Positions 11,594 through 25,230 of a stretch of DNA of 64,000 nucleotides are shown here, piece by piece. Under the pieces are notes generated by a model that saw only the letters and a program-made list of their open reading frames with translations, was not told where the DNA came from and searched no databases. Positions within the stretch are counted from its first letter, which is position 1. The number at the start of each line of letters is the position of its first letter. The stretch covers positions 17,732,001 through 17,796,000 of the forward strand of contig OZ249442.1 in NCBI GenBank assembly GCA_965235115.1, given 5' to 3'. The translations under genes and the position numbers were made by a program. This DNA is from Laetmonice hystrix (taxonomy: Eukaryota).

Positions 11594-12454
11594 ACCAGTA
11601 TATCCCCGATAAGCCCCGGATATATTCGCGTCATATATCTCGGTGGCCGAGCCGCGCACAGACTGCTGGTATTTCATATAGGGAGCATTAATTATCAGCG
11701 GCGACATGTGGACAGGACTTTATGTTTTTACTATCGGGAGCATTCCGTGATCCACACCAGCGCGGCGGCCCGAGGTCCAGGGTGTCACACATTAATATAT
11801 GAACCTCGCCCTGCAATCTCAGGCCACAATTTATCTCCAACATCTACAATCAGTACCACACAATAAATCATTGGTACTTTATACCGCCACCTATCCCACA
11901 CCAAATAATTCACGCCCGTTTGTGACAATAAATGCTCGCCGTCATATAATGCTCGCCAAAACCTTCCCATTCCTGACACGCATTTAGAGGAATTCTTGCA
12001 TTAAGACAATTGGAAAGCCAGGAAGCGTTTCACTGCTTATTAAATACCATGGAAACAGCAATTTGAGTGATTACTGAAACATTAAGTCGATAATGATAGG
12101 ACTAGATAAATATAAAGAAAAAGTAGAAAAACCGAGAAGGTTGGGACCTCCCAAGTACGGAGTGTGTAAGTATAGCAATCAGTCAAACATCCTGACGGTC
12201 GGCTGACAGCATGCCGAGAATATCCTGACTATTGTCATATCGTAAACCTGGCACCGACTGACAATTAGACTATCATAATGCCACCGTCAGCCCCTCCCTT
12301 CTCGTTGGATGACTGGAGATTTATACCAACATTTCATGTAATTGGGAGACCCCAGATTTGTGTACATGTCACGGCTAGCCTCGATAAATGACATTCATAC
12401 ATGCCTGAACTGTGCTGGAATATAGTCAGCCGCTGTTCTGGACCTGGCTAAGTC

Positions 12455-13095
12455 ACTGAAGACCCACTGGCTCAGCCACTGAAGGCCCACTGGCTCAGAC
12501 ACTGAAGGCCCACTGGCTCAGACACTGAAGGCCCACTGGCTCAGACACTGAAGGCCCACTGGCTCAGACACTGAAGGCCCACTGGCTCAGACACTGACGG
12601 GCCACTGGCTCAGACACTGAAGGGCCACTAATTCAGCCAGTGAAGTACCAATGATTCAGCCACTGTAGGGCCATAGATTCAGCCACTGTAGGACCACAGA
12701 TCATTCAAGTACTGCAAGACCACAGATTCAACCACTGCAGGCCCAGATTCAACCACTGCAGGCCCAGATTCAACCACTGCAGGCCCAGATTCAACCACGG
12801 TATTGCCACAGATTCAGCCACTGCAGGCCCAGATTCAACCACTGCAGGCCCAGATTCAACCAGTGCAGGCTAACCAGTGCAGGCCCACAGATTCAACCAC
12901 TGCAGGCCCACAGATTCAACCACTGCATGGCCACAGATTCAACCACTGCAGGCCCACAGATTCAACCATTTTATGGCCACAGATAGCCACAACAGTACGA
13001 CTGATTCAACCACTGTAGGCCCACAGCTTCAACCATTCTATGGCCACAGATTCAACCACAACAGTACGACTGATTCAACCACTGTAGGCCCATGG
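12455..13095. repeat. Compound 21-23-bp minisatellite with unit drift
   Basis: cactgaaggcccactggctcaga (23 bp) grades into ccactgcaggcccagattcaa (21 bp), then ccactgcaggcccacagattcaa (23 bp). Confidence 0.93.
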
Positions 13096-13378
13096 ATTCA
13101 TGCATGTACATGTATTATGTTTCAGAAACATGAAAGAATTGATTACATTGTTGAACACTTCATGGCTGTCACCCACTCCTGCTCGGGTCTGTGACCAGCT
13201 GGCTCCAGGAACAGACAGTTATAAACCGTCGTTATCCAAATGTCGGGACTGATAAACCAAACACAACCTGACAAACCCACCACTTTGTAGTCAATTACTG
13301 ACCTAACATGCTGACTCGAGGCCGAGTGTTTGTCATCACCATGACCACAACCATACTGTTCCTATGACAACCCCTGGG

Positions 13379-13392
13379 GCGCCCCCTGGTGG
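13379..13392 (-). promoter_or_regulatory. CTCF-like site (exact core)
   Basis: GCGCCCCCTGGTGG is the reverse complement of CCACCAGGGGGCGC. Confidence 0.55.
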
Positions 13393-15039
13393 GATGAGGG
13401 TTATCACTCCTTTACATCCCAGTAGGACCCACTGTCTGTATGCTGAGGGCTGGCGGGGGCGTGTTGCCCAGACAGGGAGCTCCTACTCTGAACCCTCCAA
13501 CCGTGCCGACATGATGGCTCCCTCCAGCAGCTAACACTATCTAGTTGCTTCGTATGATTTACATCCATCCTACATGACCCAGCAAATATCAGCAAATTTG
13601 CTGGGTCGTCTTGCCGACCCGATACGTGTTGGGAGTTTTTGGCCTCATGGAGATGGAACACCTGCTCTCTGTACGAGCCATTGGCTCACGGATGGAGAAC
13701 ACGGTCCGGACCTCATCCATCCATTGCTCCTATCGTACTGATGAAGTGGCCTTCAAAACCAACTGTCAAGTCAAATCAAGTGATACACCTCCGATCTTCT
13801 CAATATGTCTGTCCCTCCTGAATGATAAGCTTCCAAAGCTGGTACTCCTGCTTAATCCTCACAAGATATGATTGATCCGATCAAAGAAAAGAACATCTAA
13901 ATGAATAAATAGACGGACATTTTATCTTTCTAGAAATCAACCATTAAAAAATGTAATTTTACAGTGTTTTCTGAGCCGCTGAAACATTTAAAGTAGCCAT
14001 TATCAATAGCGCTGAGCACGGCCCAAACGTTGCCACTATCAGTTACCTTCTCCAAGATGTCTCCGAAGTTCTCACAATACTGCCTGACCTCCCATCTTTC
14101 TGGTAATTTCTGTAGTGAGGTTTGATCACAAAACCAGATGTTCAGGCCGACGTACACTCGTATTTAGACTTTGAGAATGACAATGACGGAACGCCTTCTC
14201 ATCCAGTCATCCCAAGGATGACGAAGAAGCCAGGTGTATACATACATACGAAGTGAGTCCAGAAATCAAGAATAGCTGAAGAGACAAGTGAAGGCCCAAG
14301 GTTAGGAACGGTCAGCCTCAGCGAGGCCGAACACTGGTGAAAGCCTGTTTGACGACACGGGGACGGTTATAAATGAGGGCGCCATATTGTGCATCCATTA
14401 GATGCTATAACAAGGTAGCGGCCTACCGGTGGCTGGCACATCCTGTCAAACAGCAAGCTTTATTTGTCTGCAGCTCTCTGAGCCAAATACCCGCAACCCT
14501 CTGGGGGCTACCGGCGGGCCCGGGGTCCTTTCTCTATACATCACAACTGTTAACAAGCCCGGTCACTATGCCACTCGCTTAAACATAACAAAATAGGGGG
14601 CCACATCCGTACCTGGTCAAGCCAAGGGGGTGAGGCCACCAACAACTGAAATCCAAACTTGAGGAACAAACAATTCTGGCAGTATGAAGGTGTCTCCTGT
14701 CCTCCCCAATCCCGCACTCCGTTCTCCATGAGTGGGATTGATGAAGTAACCTTGGGGAGTGAGGCACAGATCACCGGTGTCTTCGTGTAAACAATGTGAG
14801 CACCGACAGCTCACGTCAAACATTTTTACACACTTTGTCACGGCTCGGAAGTCAATTTTCCTTGGCTGTTCAGCTGACAGCAGAAATATGGATGGCAACG
14901 TTTTCCTGTCAGACACGAGAAAACTGGCACAGACCGGTCCCGTTCAGTTCTTACAGGCCCAAACCTTGATTGGACGGCTGGCTATAAGCTGCTTTCCATA
15001 TTGTTTGCACGGGAAAATGCCAAGTCAAATAGCATAGCC

Positions 15040-17062
15040 ATAGGTCTGGACGTCCAACCATGGTACTGGACACCGGTACCGGTGGACCTACTACCCAAAA
15101 CACCGCCATGAGACGTCTGGACGTCCTACCATGACTATAGATACTATATACCAAACACCGCCAACACAGGTCTGAACGTCCTATCCCATAGCACCAGACA
15201 GTAGATAGGCCTACTACCCCAAACACAGCTACCATAGATCTGGACGTCCAACCTTGGCACCAGACATTAGATAGGCTTACTACCTCCAAACACAGCTACC
15301 ATAGATCTGGACGTCCAACCTTGGCACCAGACATTAGATAGGCTTACTACCTCCAAACACAGCTACCATAGGTCTGGACGTCCAACCTTGGCACCAGACA
15401 GTATAGATAGGCCTACTACCCCAAACACAGCTACCATAGGTCTGGACGTCCAACCTTGGCACCAGACAGTAGATAGGCTTACTACCTCCAAACACAGCTA
15501 CCATAGGTCTGGACGTCGAACCTTGGCACCAGACAGTAGATAGGCTTACTACCCCCAAACACAGCTACCATAGGTCTGGACGTCCAACCTTGGCACCAGA
15601 CAGTAGATAGGCTTACTACCTCCAAACACAGCTACCATAGGTCTGGACGTCCAACCCTGGCACCAGACAGTAGATAGGCCTACTACCCCAAACACAGCTA
15701 CCATAGATCTGGACGTCCAACCTTGGCACCAGACAGTAGATAGGCTTACTACCCCCAAACACAGCTACCATAGGTCTGGACGTCCAACCTTGGCACCAGA
15801 CAGTAGATAGGCTTACTACCTCCAAACACAGCTACCATAGGTCTGGACGTCCAACCCTGGCACCAGACAGTAGATAGGCCTACTACCCCAAACACAGCTA
15901 CCATAGGTCTGGACGTCCAACCTTGGCACCAGACAGTAGATAGGCCTACTACCCCAAACACAGCTACCATAGGTCTGGACGTCCAACCTTGGCACCAGAC
16001 AGTATAGATAGGCCTACTACCCCAAACACAGCTACCATAGGTCTGGACGTCCAACCTTGGCACCAGACAGTAGATAGGCTTACTACCTCCAAACACAGCT
16101 ACCATAGGTCTGAACGTCCAACCTTGGCACCAGACAGTAGATAGGCCTACTACCCCAAACACAGCTACCATAGGTCTGAACGTCCAACCTTGGCACCAGA
16201 CAGTAGATAGGCCTACTACCCCAAACACAGCTACCATAGGTCTGAACGTCCAACCTTGGCACCAGACAGTAGATAGGCTTACTACCCCAAACACAGCTAC
16301 CATAGGTCTGGACGTCCAACCTTGGCACCAGACAGTAGATAGGCTTACTACCCCCAAACACAGCTACCATAGATCTGGACGTCCAACCTTGGCACCAGAC
16401 AGTAGATAGGCTTACTCCCCCCAAACACAGCTACCATAGGTCTGAACGTCGAACCTTGGCACCAGACAGTAGATAGGCTTACTACCCCCAAACACAGCTA
16501 CCATAGGTCTGGACGTCCAACCTTGGCACCAGACAGTAGATAGGCTTACTACCCCCAAACACAGCTACCATAGGTCTGAACGTCCAACCTTGGCACCAGA
16601 CAGTAGATAGGCTTACTACCCCCAAACACAGCTACCATAGGTCTGAACGTCCAACCTTGGCACCAGACAGTGGATAGGCTTACTACCCCCAAACACAGCT
16701 ACCATAGGTCTGAACGTCCAACCTTGGCACCAGACAGTAGATAGGCTTACTACCCCCAAACACAGCTACCATAGGTCTGGACGTCCAACCTTGGCACCAG
16801 ACAGTAGATAGGCCTACTACCCCCAAACACAGCTACCATAGGTCTGGACGTCCAACCTTGGCACCAGACAGTAGATAGGCTTACTACCCCCAAACACAGC
16901 TACCATAGGTCTGGACGTCCAACCCTGGCACCAGACAGTATAGATAGGCCTACTACCCCCAAACACAGCTACCATAGGTCTGGACGTCCAACCTTGGCAC
17001 CAGACAGTAGATAGGCTTACTACCCCCAAACACAGCTACCATAGGTCTGAACGTCCAACCAT
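15040..17062. repeat. 67-69-bp minisatellite, about 27 copies plus degenerate left flank
   Basis: Unit ccaaacacagctaccataggtctggacgtccaaccttggcaccagacagtagataggcttactaccc; explains ORFs at 14951-17029. Confidence 0.97.
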
Positions 17063-17071
17063 GGTAATTAC

Positions 17072-17325
17072 AGGTTTTACGCCCTGTCGATAGTATTTCA
17101 GTCATATTCAGGGCGATAGGAACCATTTCAGTTCAGGGACCTATTTTACCCCCGGGTCCCAGGGGGTGGGTGATGATGAGAAAAAGTGAGAAAGAAACCT
17201 GCCACCGGGAGGGAATCCCCTACTCATTTCGAAAAATTGCAAGGATTCTTTTATATGCTCAGCCGCACAGACACGGCTGGACAAACCAAAGCCTTTGATG
17301 ACCCAGTTGCGGAGCACTGGAGAGG
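17072..17325 (-). mobile_element. SINE remnant with a Meta/MESC-type central domain (tRNA head not seen)
   Basis: Plus strand ggattcttttatatgc...cacagacacgg...gcctttgatgacccagttgcggagcactgg resembles, from memory, the conserved core of marine-invertebrate SINEs. Minus-strand tail atgactgaaatact...ggcgtaaaac resembles LINE-derived SINE tails. Family assignment not verified by search. Confidence 0.5.
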
Positions 17326-19789
17326 GCCAGTGAGCTGGTAAAACAGCTGGTAAAACAGTATAATATTCCTTCTTCTCGCAGTTTTCATGCAATAGATTTA
17401 ACGGGACATGAGCAAAGCAGTCTAAGAAAAACGTATCATTTTCACTTACTAATACGGGAAAGAGTCTTTCTAAAAAAAAGAGGCGAAGATGAAAAATTAC
17501 CTCACTAATCACCCAATTACTCTGGGTGAAAAAGACACTGTGTTCGATGAGACAGGAGTGCTCTTTGTAGTGACAGAAATCTGCTCCACCTCCCGCATGT
17601 TAGATGTCTGCCATAAACTCGACCGGTTCATCATAGACCAGAACTTGCTGGACCAGCATATATCTCACCTGTTATACCCTGTGCTCTTACAGACCCCTCA
17701 ACTCAAAGCTCCCTCGGCTCCACCTGTTTTCTTCCTCTAATTTTATCTTGGTCATCTTTTGCCTCAACTACGATACATCAGTGAGCTGTGAAGCAGGTGC
17801 ATCACTTGTATTGTAAATGAAAACGAATCCTGTCCAGCTCACCTTGTCCATGTTGGCGTTCAATATCAGTTTATCACGACAGTATGTGAGGTATTCTTGT
17901 TCTATAGTGTTGTCAGAACTGATTACGTCGGAGGATAACAAGAAGATTCCAATGGAAAACCACAACATGGGAAAGATGACGACGTCTTGGCGAGCAAAAC
18001 CATACCAAAGCCGCCATTTACATCCATTATTCCAAGACAACACGGCCATTATTTGCCGTCTTCCATGTTAACATTTGTCAGGTCATATTGATCCAGCCAG
18101 AAAATATGACCCCACTAATGCATCTCCCATGTGGAACCATGCATGAAATGCTGGCCAGATATTCTGCATTACACGTGTCAAGCACATTACAGCGACTGGC
18201 CAACAATGCAATGTGGCACAATTAATAAACGTTTTGCGTTGCCTTGACAGGCGGGGGCCATCATTGTGTTGCCTTGGCGACCTGTCACTTCCTGCGCCTT
18301 TGACCCTTGTGATGGGGCCGGGCAGGAGGGGCATGATGGGATAGCAGGGGGTAGAATGGGGTCACCGAGCATGAGCAGTCCGGTAATGGCTAGACGGGCG
18401 GGGGCCCGAGGCGGTAGCGGCGGCGGCGGGCGCAATAGGCATGGAAACAGCCTCTCTTCTGGGACAGCACTATTTCTACGAACGGACTCATCACCAAGGA
18501 AATGTATTTCTCCATATTGGCGCCTAATGTTGTCATCAATCAGGAAAATGTGTCTATCAGGGGGAAGCATTTCCTTGACTGCTGCTACTGCTGGCAGATG
18601 GATGTCGAGGTAACAGCCTGTTATGAATAACGGATCCACAAACATACGACATAATATTGGCAAGTACGACCATCAGGCAAGATATATAACAACAGCTTTC
18701 ACATGCCATCATATGCCGACCCATTCGACAGAAAAAAAAAAGAATCTTTCCAATCCATAACCTGAACGCACAGATTTCAAACAGTCTGACAAAACTTCAG
18801 CCCGAATTAACATTAGTACAAAAAGGGAGTTTATCCGGCTCAGAGAGAGGAATGGCAAGCCTAAAACCCAGACTGGATAGTTTGTAGGTCACCCAAGTTG
18901 TAAAGACGGGGAATTGATTGATTGATTGATGACCACGCATTGAAAACATGCGAAAAGGATAGGCCTACATTACAAAACCATGATAAACCTGAGAGTTAAA
19001 GCGGTTACGCCTGGGAGCCTCTTAAACCATTATGGGGCCGAGAACCTGCCAAATTTCTCTATTTCAGACTCCCAGGTTTTGTTGAATATCAGATAACCAA
19101 GAAGGTCAAATCAAGGAATTAAGATGAGATTTCATGTTCTCCATTAAGAAACTACTTACACATTCTGTACAGGAGATTTGAGAAATGTCAGTTGTCCGTA
19201 CACAGCCACCCTCGACAGATACTGATTGACAGAATTCAAACCTAACCAGGGGCGATTTCCATTCAGCTCAGCCCGAATTGAATCATCCCTGATGCTATCT
19301 GTCCTTAATCAATAGTGAAAACCTTATACTAGACATTAATTTCTATCTCTGAGTAATACTTGCAACCATCAAGTCCAAGCCGAGCCGGCCCCTCTTGTTA
19401 TTGGAAACATAAATTTCCCCCTCGTAGCCGGACACTAATCTTCCATGTCCTCATACGCGCCATTTAACGAGGCCGGATGGGAATATCCAATAAATGAACA
19501 GCCTTCACTTGGTTGACCCCTGACCCCCAGATCCTCAATGATCCTCTAATCTCATTGGCTCCCTGCTGGGTAGATCCAACCTTCCCTTTCCGACCTGGTG
19601 GGGGGCGACCGTTGTGGCCGCGGGCGCCGGCTGTCGGTGGCCGGCGGCAGAGAGGGACAATGATCCCAGCGGCCACTTGTTTGGCCATACTTCTACAGTT
19701 TACATGGGCAATACTTAACATCCTGCATGGGCAAGAAAAGGGTCATTCTGAGCAACTGACGTCATACCGAGAGGATCGTGGTCCATACG

Positions 19790-19932
19790 CAATACAAAGT
19801 AGACTTCAGGAGCAATTTTTGGTCATCCTCAATACAAAGCAATACAAAGTAGACTTCAAGAGCAATTTTTGGGTCATCCTCAATACAAAGCAATACAAAG
19901 TTGACTGCAAGAGCAATTTTTGGGCCATCCTC
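19790..19932. repeat. About 50-bp tandem repeat, 3 copies
   Basis: caatacaaagtagacttc(a)agagcaattttt(g)ggtcatcctcaatacaaag repeated. Confidence 0.85.
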
Positions 19933-20204
19933 TCTCTCGAAAACATACGCTGCCGGTGTGTGTGACATGATGGAGCCGAGTGAACAATACGATTATCTAT
20001 GACCTACAGGAAGAGCGCGAGGAACCTATCGATCTCTGGGTTAGGCGGCATGAGCAATTGCTTACCATGCTGCTTTACTAATACGTCTATGGTGTGCTCG
20101 GTGAGCAATATAAGGTGTAGCTGTAGCATCTTCAGGCCCAAAACCTGGGGCAGGGAGTCTCGTCCTCCCTTTGTCTTTGGGCCAAAAGGGTTTTATCAAG
20201 ACAT

Positions 20205-20342
20205 ACACGCCAAAAGGGCCTTATCCAGACATATGCCAAAAGGGCATTATCCAGACATATGCCAAAAGGGCCTTATCCAGACATATGCCAAAAGGGCATT
20301 ATCCAGACATATGCCAAAAGGGCCTTATCCAGGCATATGCAA
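20205..20342. repeat. 26-bp tandem repeat, about 5 copies
   Basis: gacatatgccaaaagggc(c/a)ttatcca; c and a variants alternate. Confidence 0.92.
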
Positions 20343-22248
20343 AAATGTCAAACAAGCACTTGTTATAAGGGTCTATCAAACCCCCTCTTTGTAAATCCTG
20401 GGTCGGGACCTGAGAGTAGACACAATGTAATGAGATGTCCAATATGTCACTGAGAATCTTACATGGGCATTCACTGTTAGAGGAAGGGTGAGCGGACAAG
20501 TTATTAATATACGACTCAGACTGAATGTTTGTTGAGACGAGTTGTAGCCCCCACATCCCCACCCGTCGGTATAGAAAACCTAACCCTGATGAAGAAGTAG
20601 ACTTAGATATCCATCGCATACGTTAAAACAATTACACAGAGGGTATAGAAAAGAAATAACGGCAGAAAAGTCCCAACCGGCTTATTTCTTATATTTTTTA
20701 AGCCATGCAGGTCACCGCCACAGAAGTAGATTCACATAAAAGAGTACACTCCGCTTAACGACTGGTTTAGTAGTATTTTACAAACCACAGTTTCAATGGC
20801 CGCGTGTAAAACAAATCCCAGTTCCCGGGGCAATGAGCCACGAATGACCGACACTGGAGAAAAACTCCGACAGTTGGATCATCACTGGATCACACAGCCT
20901 TGGCTTCGTCACCTCTCGTGTCTCTTATACCCAACAAAACATCACACTCTCTCCCATTCCCTCCCTAACATGTGAAGAAAATATTTTACGCTGGATCAGA
21001 ATTATTGATTTCTTTTTAAAGAGGACACACAGATGGTGGAAAGCAGTCAGAATATGGTAAGAACAGCGCTAACGAATGTCCTGTATGTGAGGGACGTGAA
21101 ACATAAAACCAACCTCTGTTCGCCCTCCCATTTCTCTCTAGTCTTCTATTGACAAATCGGAACTCATCAAAAATTCAAACGAGATATGTCCCTGGTGGCT
21201 GAATTCGCTTTTATAAAAGCCGCAGGCACAAAGTAAGAGTACACCACAGATTTTGCTGGCTTACATCCAATTTATTTGCTTTCTCGTATAAAAGTACAGT
21301 TTTCTGGAAAGCCTTTCCAAATAGAATGACGATATACATCAACTCGTTTTTTTACACATCTGCAGGATCCAACAAAAGTCCTCTCGACATACAGTACGAC
21401 AAACTCACAAAACAAAAAAAAAAAGGTAGAAGACTTCTAGGCGTGTATACGTTATATCTTTCACGGAATTATCTGCCAAGTTTCCATCCTGCATACAGGC
21501 ATGCCCATGTATAGGTGAGGTTCACAGTTCAACCTCCGGTTTCATGCTCCCTGTCCCACCCCACGCAGCCCACCTCTGTGGTGTTTGAGTTTTGTACTGT
21601 AACATGACCTGACAATGTAAGCCTGGGCTCATGAGTCGTCAAATAGAGAATCATTACGTCTTGCCTAGATCATCTCGGTAACAATAGTTATTGTGGTGGT
21701 GCTGAAAATGTCATACTTATAGGAAAGTAGTGAGGCAAGAAGTTAGAATGCCTTAATGTACCTCTCTCTCTCTCCCTGAAAACACATACTTTTATTGCAT
21801 CTGATTGTCATTGAAAGCGTTCGTACACATATTTGGGAACATGCAGGGAGAAAATGATAAAAATATCGGAAATTTTGCTAAATTTGATGCATGCCATTAT
21901 GGCTTTAAGAGTACAAAATTCTTTTCTTCATCAATGCACTCAATTTTATCTCCATTGATACGACTTGTTTGATACGACTCGATCGTACTCAGTTTGGTCC
22001 ACCGTGTCCCTGTACTAGTATTGGATGGGTCGTGAACCAATCTGTGGCAATTGTCAGACCTGGGGGGGGGGGGGATCAGTGTCAAGCAAACCGACCTGAA
22101 AGGTATTGGTTAAGGTGACCCTTGTGTTTTTATAAAGGGTACTTAGAGCCCTGTCATTATTGACCTGGACGTCCTTGTGTTACCGGCATAAAGACGAACA
22201 GGCGGGGGTCACTTTACCAAACTACCCTTATTGGCCTTTCCTGTGATG

Positions 22249-22287
22249 AGGTCAGGTCAGAGGTCAACCAGGGTTAAAATCAGGTCA
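22249..22287 (+). promoter_or_regulatory. Cluster of nuclear-receptor half-sites including a perfect DR1
   Basis: AGGTCA at 22249, 22254, 22261 and 22282; 22254-22266 is AGGTCA-g-AGGTCA. Confidence 0.4.
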
Positions 22288-25118
22288 CCCTGAAGGGTAC
22301 CTGACTGGGATTGGTGTGAATAGTGTTCAGCCATTACTGTCCAGTCGGCAGCGCCGGCGAGCGCCGACCTCCTCAATGAGGTTAGCCCATGATAAAAAGA
22401 TCAAATCATGCAGATTTCATAGGAATAATGACCATGTAATCAAATCAGAGGGCGGCGCCGATCGGGCCGCCATTCATACAGCCTCCTTATCTCCGCCATC
22501 TCTCGGTGCTCATACAAAGTGGCGGGTTGTCAGGTCTCGGAGGGGCAAACCGACAGCAAACCGCCAGCCTGGCCGCCATCTGATCGCCATCATGATATCA
22601 TATCTCCTTATCGGCTTATCGGCCGCCTCATGGTCCCGTATGAATTACATTACAGATATGAATGGCATATTGATGGCCATTCCGCGCGCTGCCCACAGGA
22701 TCGTCCCGACACGGAATTCATTTCTGGAGATTTTGGCCCTTGTTTTATGCTCGTCAAATTATGCTACTGTCCGGGTGATTACATCCTCTGGACGCACGAT
22801 AATGGTTGGGTCCTCCTTTATCACACCGTCTGCCCACAATAGGACGGTTGGCGGTATCTTACGAGGAGACAGCGGTCCCAGTCATTCAAGCATAATGTAG
22901 TCAAGTACGAAACAAGGCCTTATAGTACACAAGGAAACTCCTCATTGTGTATCCGTGAAAAATGAAGTCTTCATCGTGTTCTGCAGGATAGGAAGAGGTT
23001 TGGGATAGAGTTGGGATTAAAGGTGGGATTGGGGTTGGTATGGGTGGGGGTTACCCCCCTCAGTACAAGGCCAAGGTCATACCGAGGTCCAAGGGTTCTT
23101 GTTGACCTTACCCCCTATCACCACATCCCCTGATGACACCCCTCATCACCACACCCCTGACCTTACCCCCTCTGACCACACCCCTAGCTGACCCTGGCCA
23201 CTGAACGGCCTGTCCCTGGGACCAACGAGTTGGGATCCACTCCATACCAGGTGCCGGTCACCCTTACATCACACCGAATGCTGTAACACCAACGCCCCAT
23301 AAATTGACCTGCCAGTCCCGATCCTTCCCCCAAAGGTCCAGTAAGGCACACTTTCCATTTCCCTCCCAGCGCCCGCCAATTCTCCTTGTTAGCATCCATG
23401 ATGTACAGTCTGCGCTGTCACGATATGAGGGTAGAATAAAATAACCTCCAGCTCCGAGTTTTCTCCAATGCCTCAACTTTCAATGGCAATTTTCATCTTT
23501 TTAAACAAGGCCCATTTGTGTTTCCAGAACTCCAATATATCAAAGTGAGGAACCCCATCAACAAACCCCCTCTCGCAACTTTAACAGGGTTGACTTTACG
23601 ACACGACCTGTCCCCCCCCCCCCCCCCCCCCCCATGCAGTGGGCTGGCGGAGAGAACTTGAAATCTAAATGCAACTATGTGAGTGATAAAAGCCTGATTC
23701 GAGCCGTATAGAGTCGTGGTTTAAAGGTAGATTTCTGCCTCTCTCTCTGAGCGTGGCGATGACTGGGCAGGGCTGCCGACCGACCGGCTCCATTTGTTAC
23801 TTGTCTCACGTACGCAGCCATTTCCATTTTTGATGGGCTCCTTGGAAGCAACATGATATGAAATGATGTAATGGCGCTCTCCCCTGCCGAGCGACGTCAG
23901 GCAATTTGTCATCCAAATTAACCTCCTATTTCCGGCTGATCCCTGCCTCTTAAAGATACACAAAGCGCAAGGTTTTCTCACCAATTTCACTCCCAATATT
24001 CGTGAATTATGCCTCTCGGAGCCTGAATTAATTATCAGGCAGACCCATTATCGTCCTATTATGGCACAACCTCAGCTTTGCCGACTTGGCCGCCAAGAAC
24101 ATTGATTGAAATGTAATGCATTAGTGAAGGGCCTGGAAACACATAACCTTATTTTGACCTGAATTCTCCGTGCTGTCAGCGCCACAAATACAAGAGATCA
24201 CCCCTGCAAACTTTATCAAATCCTTAAACAACACTATTAATTAATCGGAACTCAGCTGTCTGACGTCATGTTTTCCCTGCTCCTACTGGCTAATCATACC
24301 TCACCGATGCCACTTTAACTCTGTTACCGTTCAACTGAATCCAAGGGCACACTTGTATAGGTACAGCTTTCTTTTATAGACTACAACAAACAGGGACGGA
24401 TCGGGGGAGTTCTGAAAGGCACCCCTCCACCATTTTCTTCTTTTTTTTCATGGTATTCTCCATTGACCCCGATGCAACCCCTTTTTTGCCTCCTGTGAAC
24501 CCAAATCCTAGATTCGTTCCAAATCCTAGATCCAAAGATTGCCATTTTACGCTCTTTGCTTCATAATTACATACCCTTCAGCTTGCTATATCCACCATTC
24601 AGACTGTTCCACTATAGAATCTTTATTAAAAATTTCATTGTTACTCTGGAAAACATGGCACAAATCATAGCAGAGTGAAACCAACTCGCCCTAGCGCCGG
24701 AGAAGGTCACCAACAACCTTCCTTCGACACATCTCTTCTCTGGAGCAGGGATCCAATCCGATTCTCGTAACGTTAAAACGCGGTTTATTGGGACCTTTGA
24801 AACATGAACGTCTCTGCTAACCTGACAGAGACAACCCCCACGAACAACTGACAGTAACTCGGGTTGGGGTTTTGAAGCCTCAGTTCATGAATAATACATA
24901 TTCTTCTGCTGCTGTCTAGACCGAGTAGCACTATCTCTCCCTGGCGGCCAGTGCAGCGCTTGTTTCCTTTCTTAGACTTTCTGCCTCGTCAAGTTTGGGC
25001 TGACGAAGAATGTGCCGTTTTTTTCGGACATGAAATAAGTGACACCGGTATCTTATAAACTGTCTAAAAAGATGCGCACAGTGTACGTCCAATATTTTCA
25101 TATCTTGATTCACCTCAA

Positions 25119-25230
25119 GCGGGCGGGGGCAATTGTCCATTGTGTTTCGCCTATTGGCCAAATCGTCCCAGCGGCCCAATCGCATGCTATCTGTCCATAT
25201 CACATTCTGCCTGGCAACGTCAACCAATCA
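25119..25230. promoter_or_regulatory. Promoter-like module (GC box, three CCAAT boxes, RFX half-site)
   Basis: GGGCGGGG at about 25120; ATTGG/CCAAT at about 25153, 25176 and 25224; CCTGGCAAC at 25210. Confidence 0.3.

Noticed and set aside
14951-17029. Repeated MVAVFGVVxLSTVWCQGW ORFs
   Set aside because: Frameshifting 67-69-bp repeat units.
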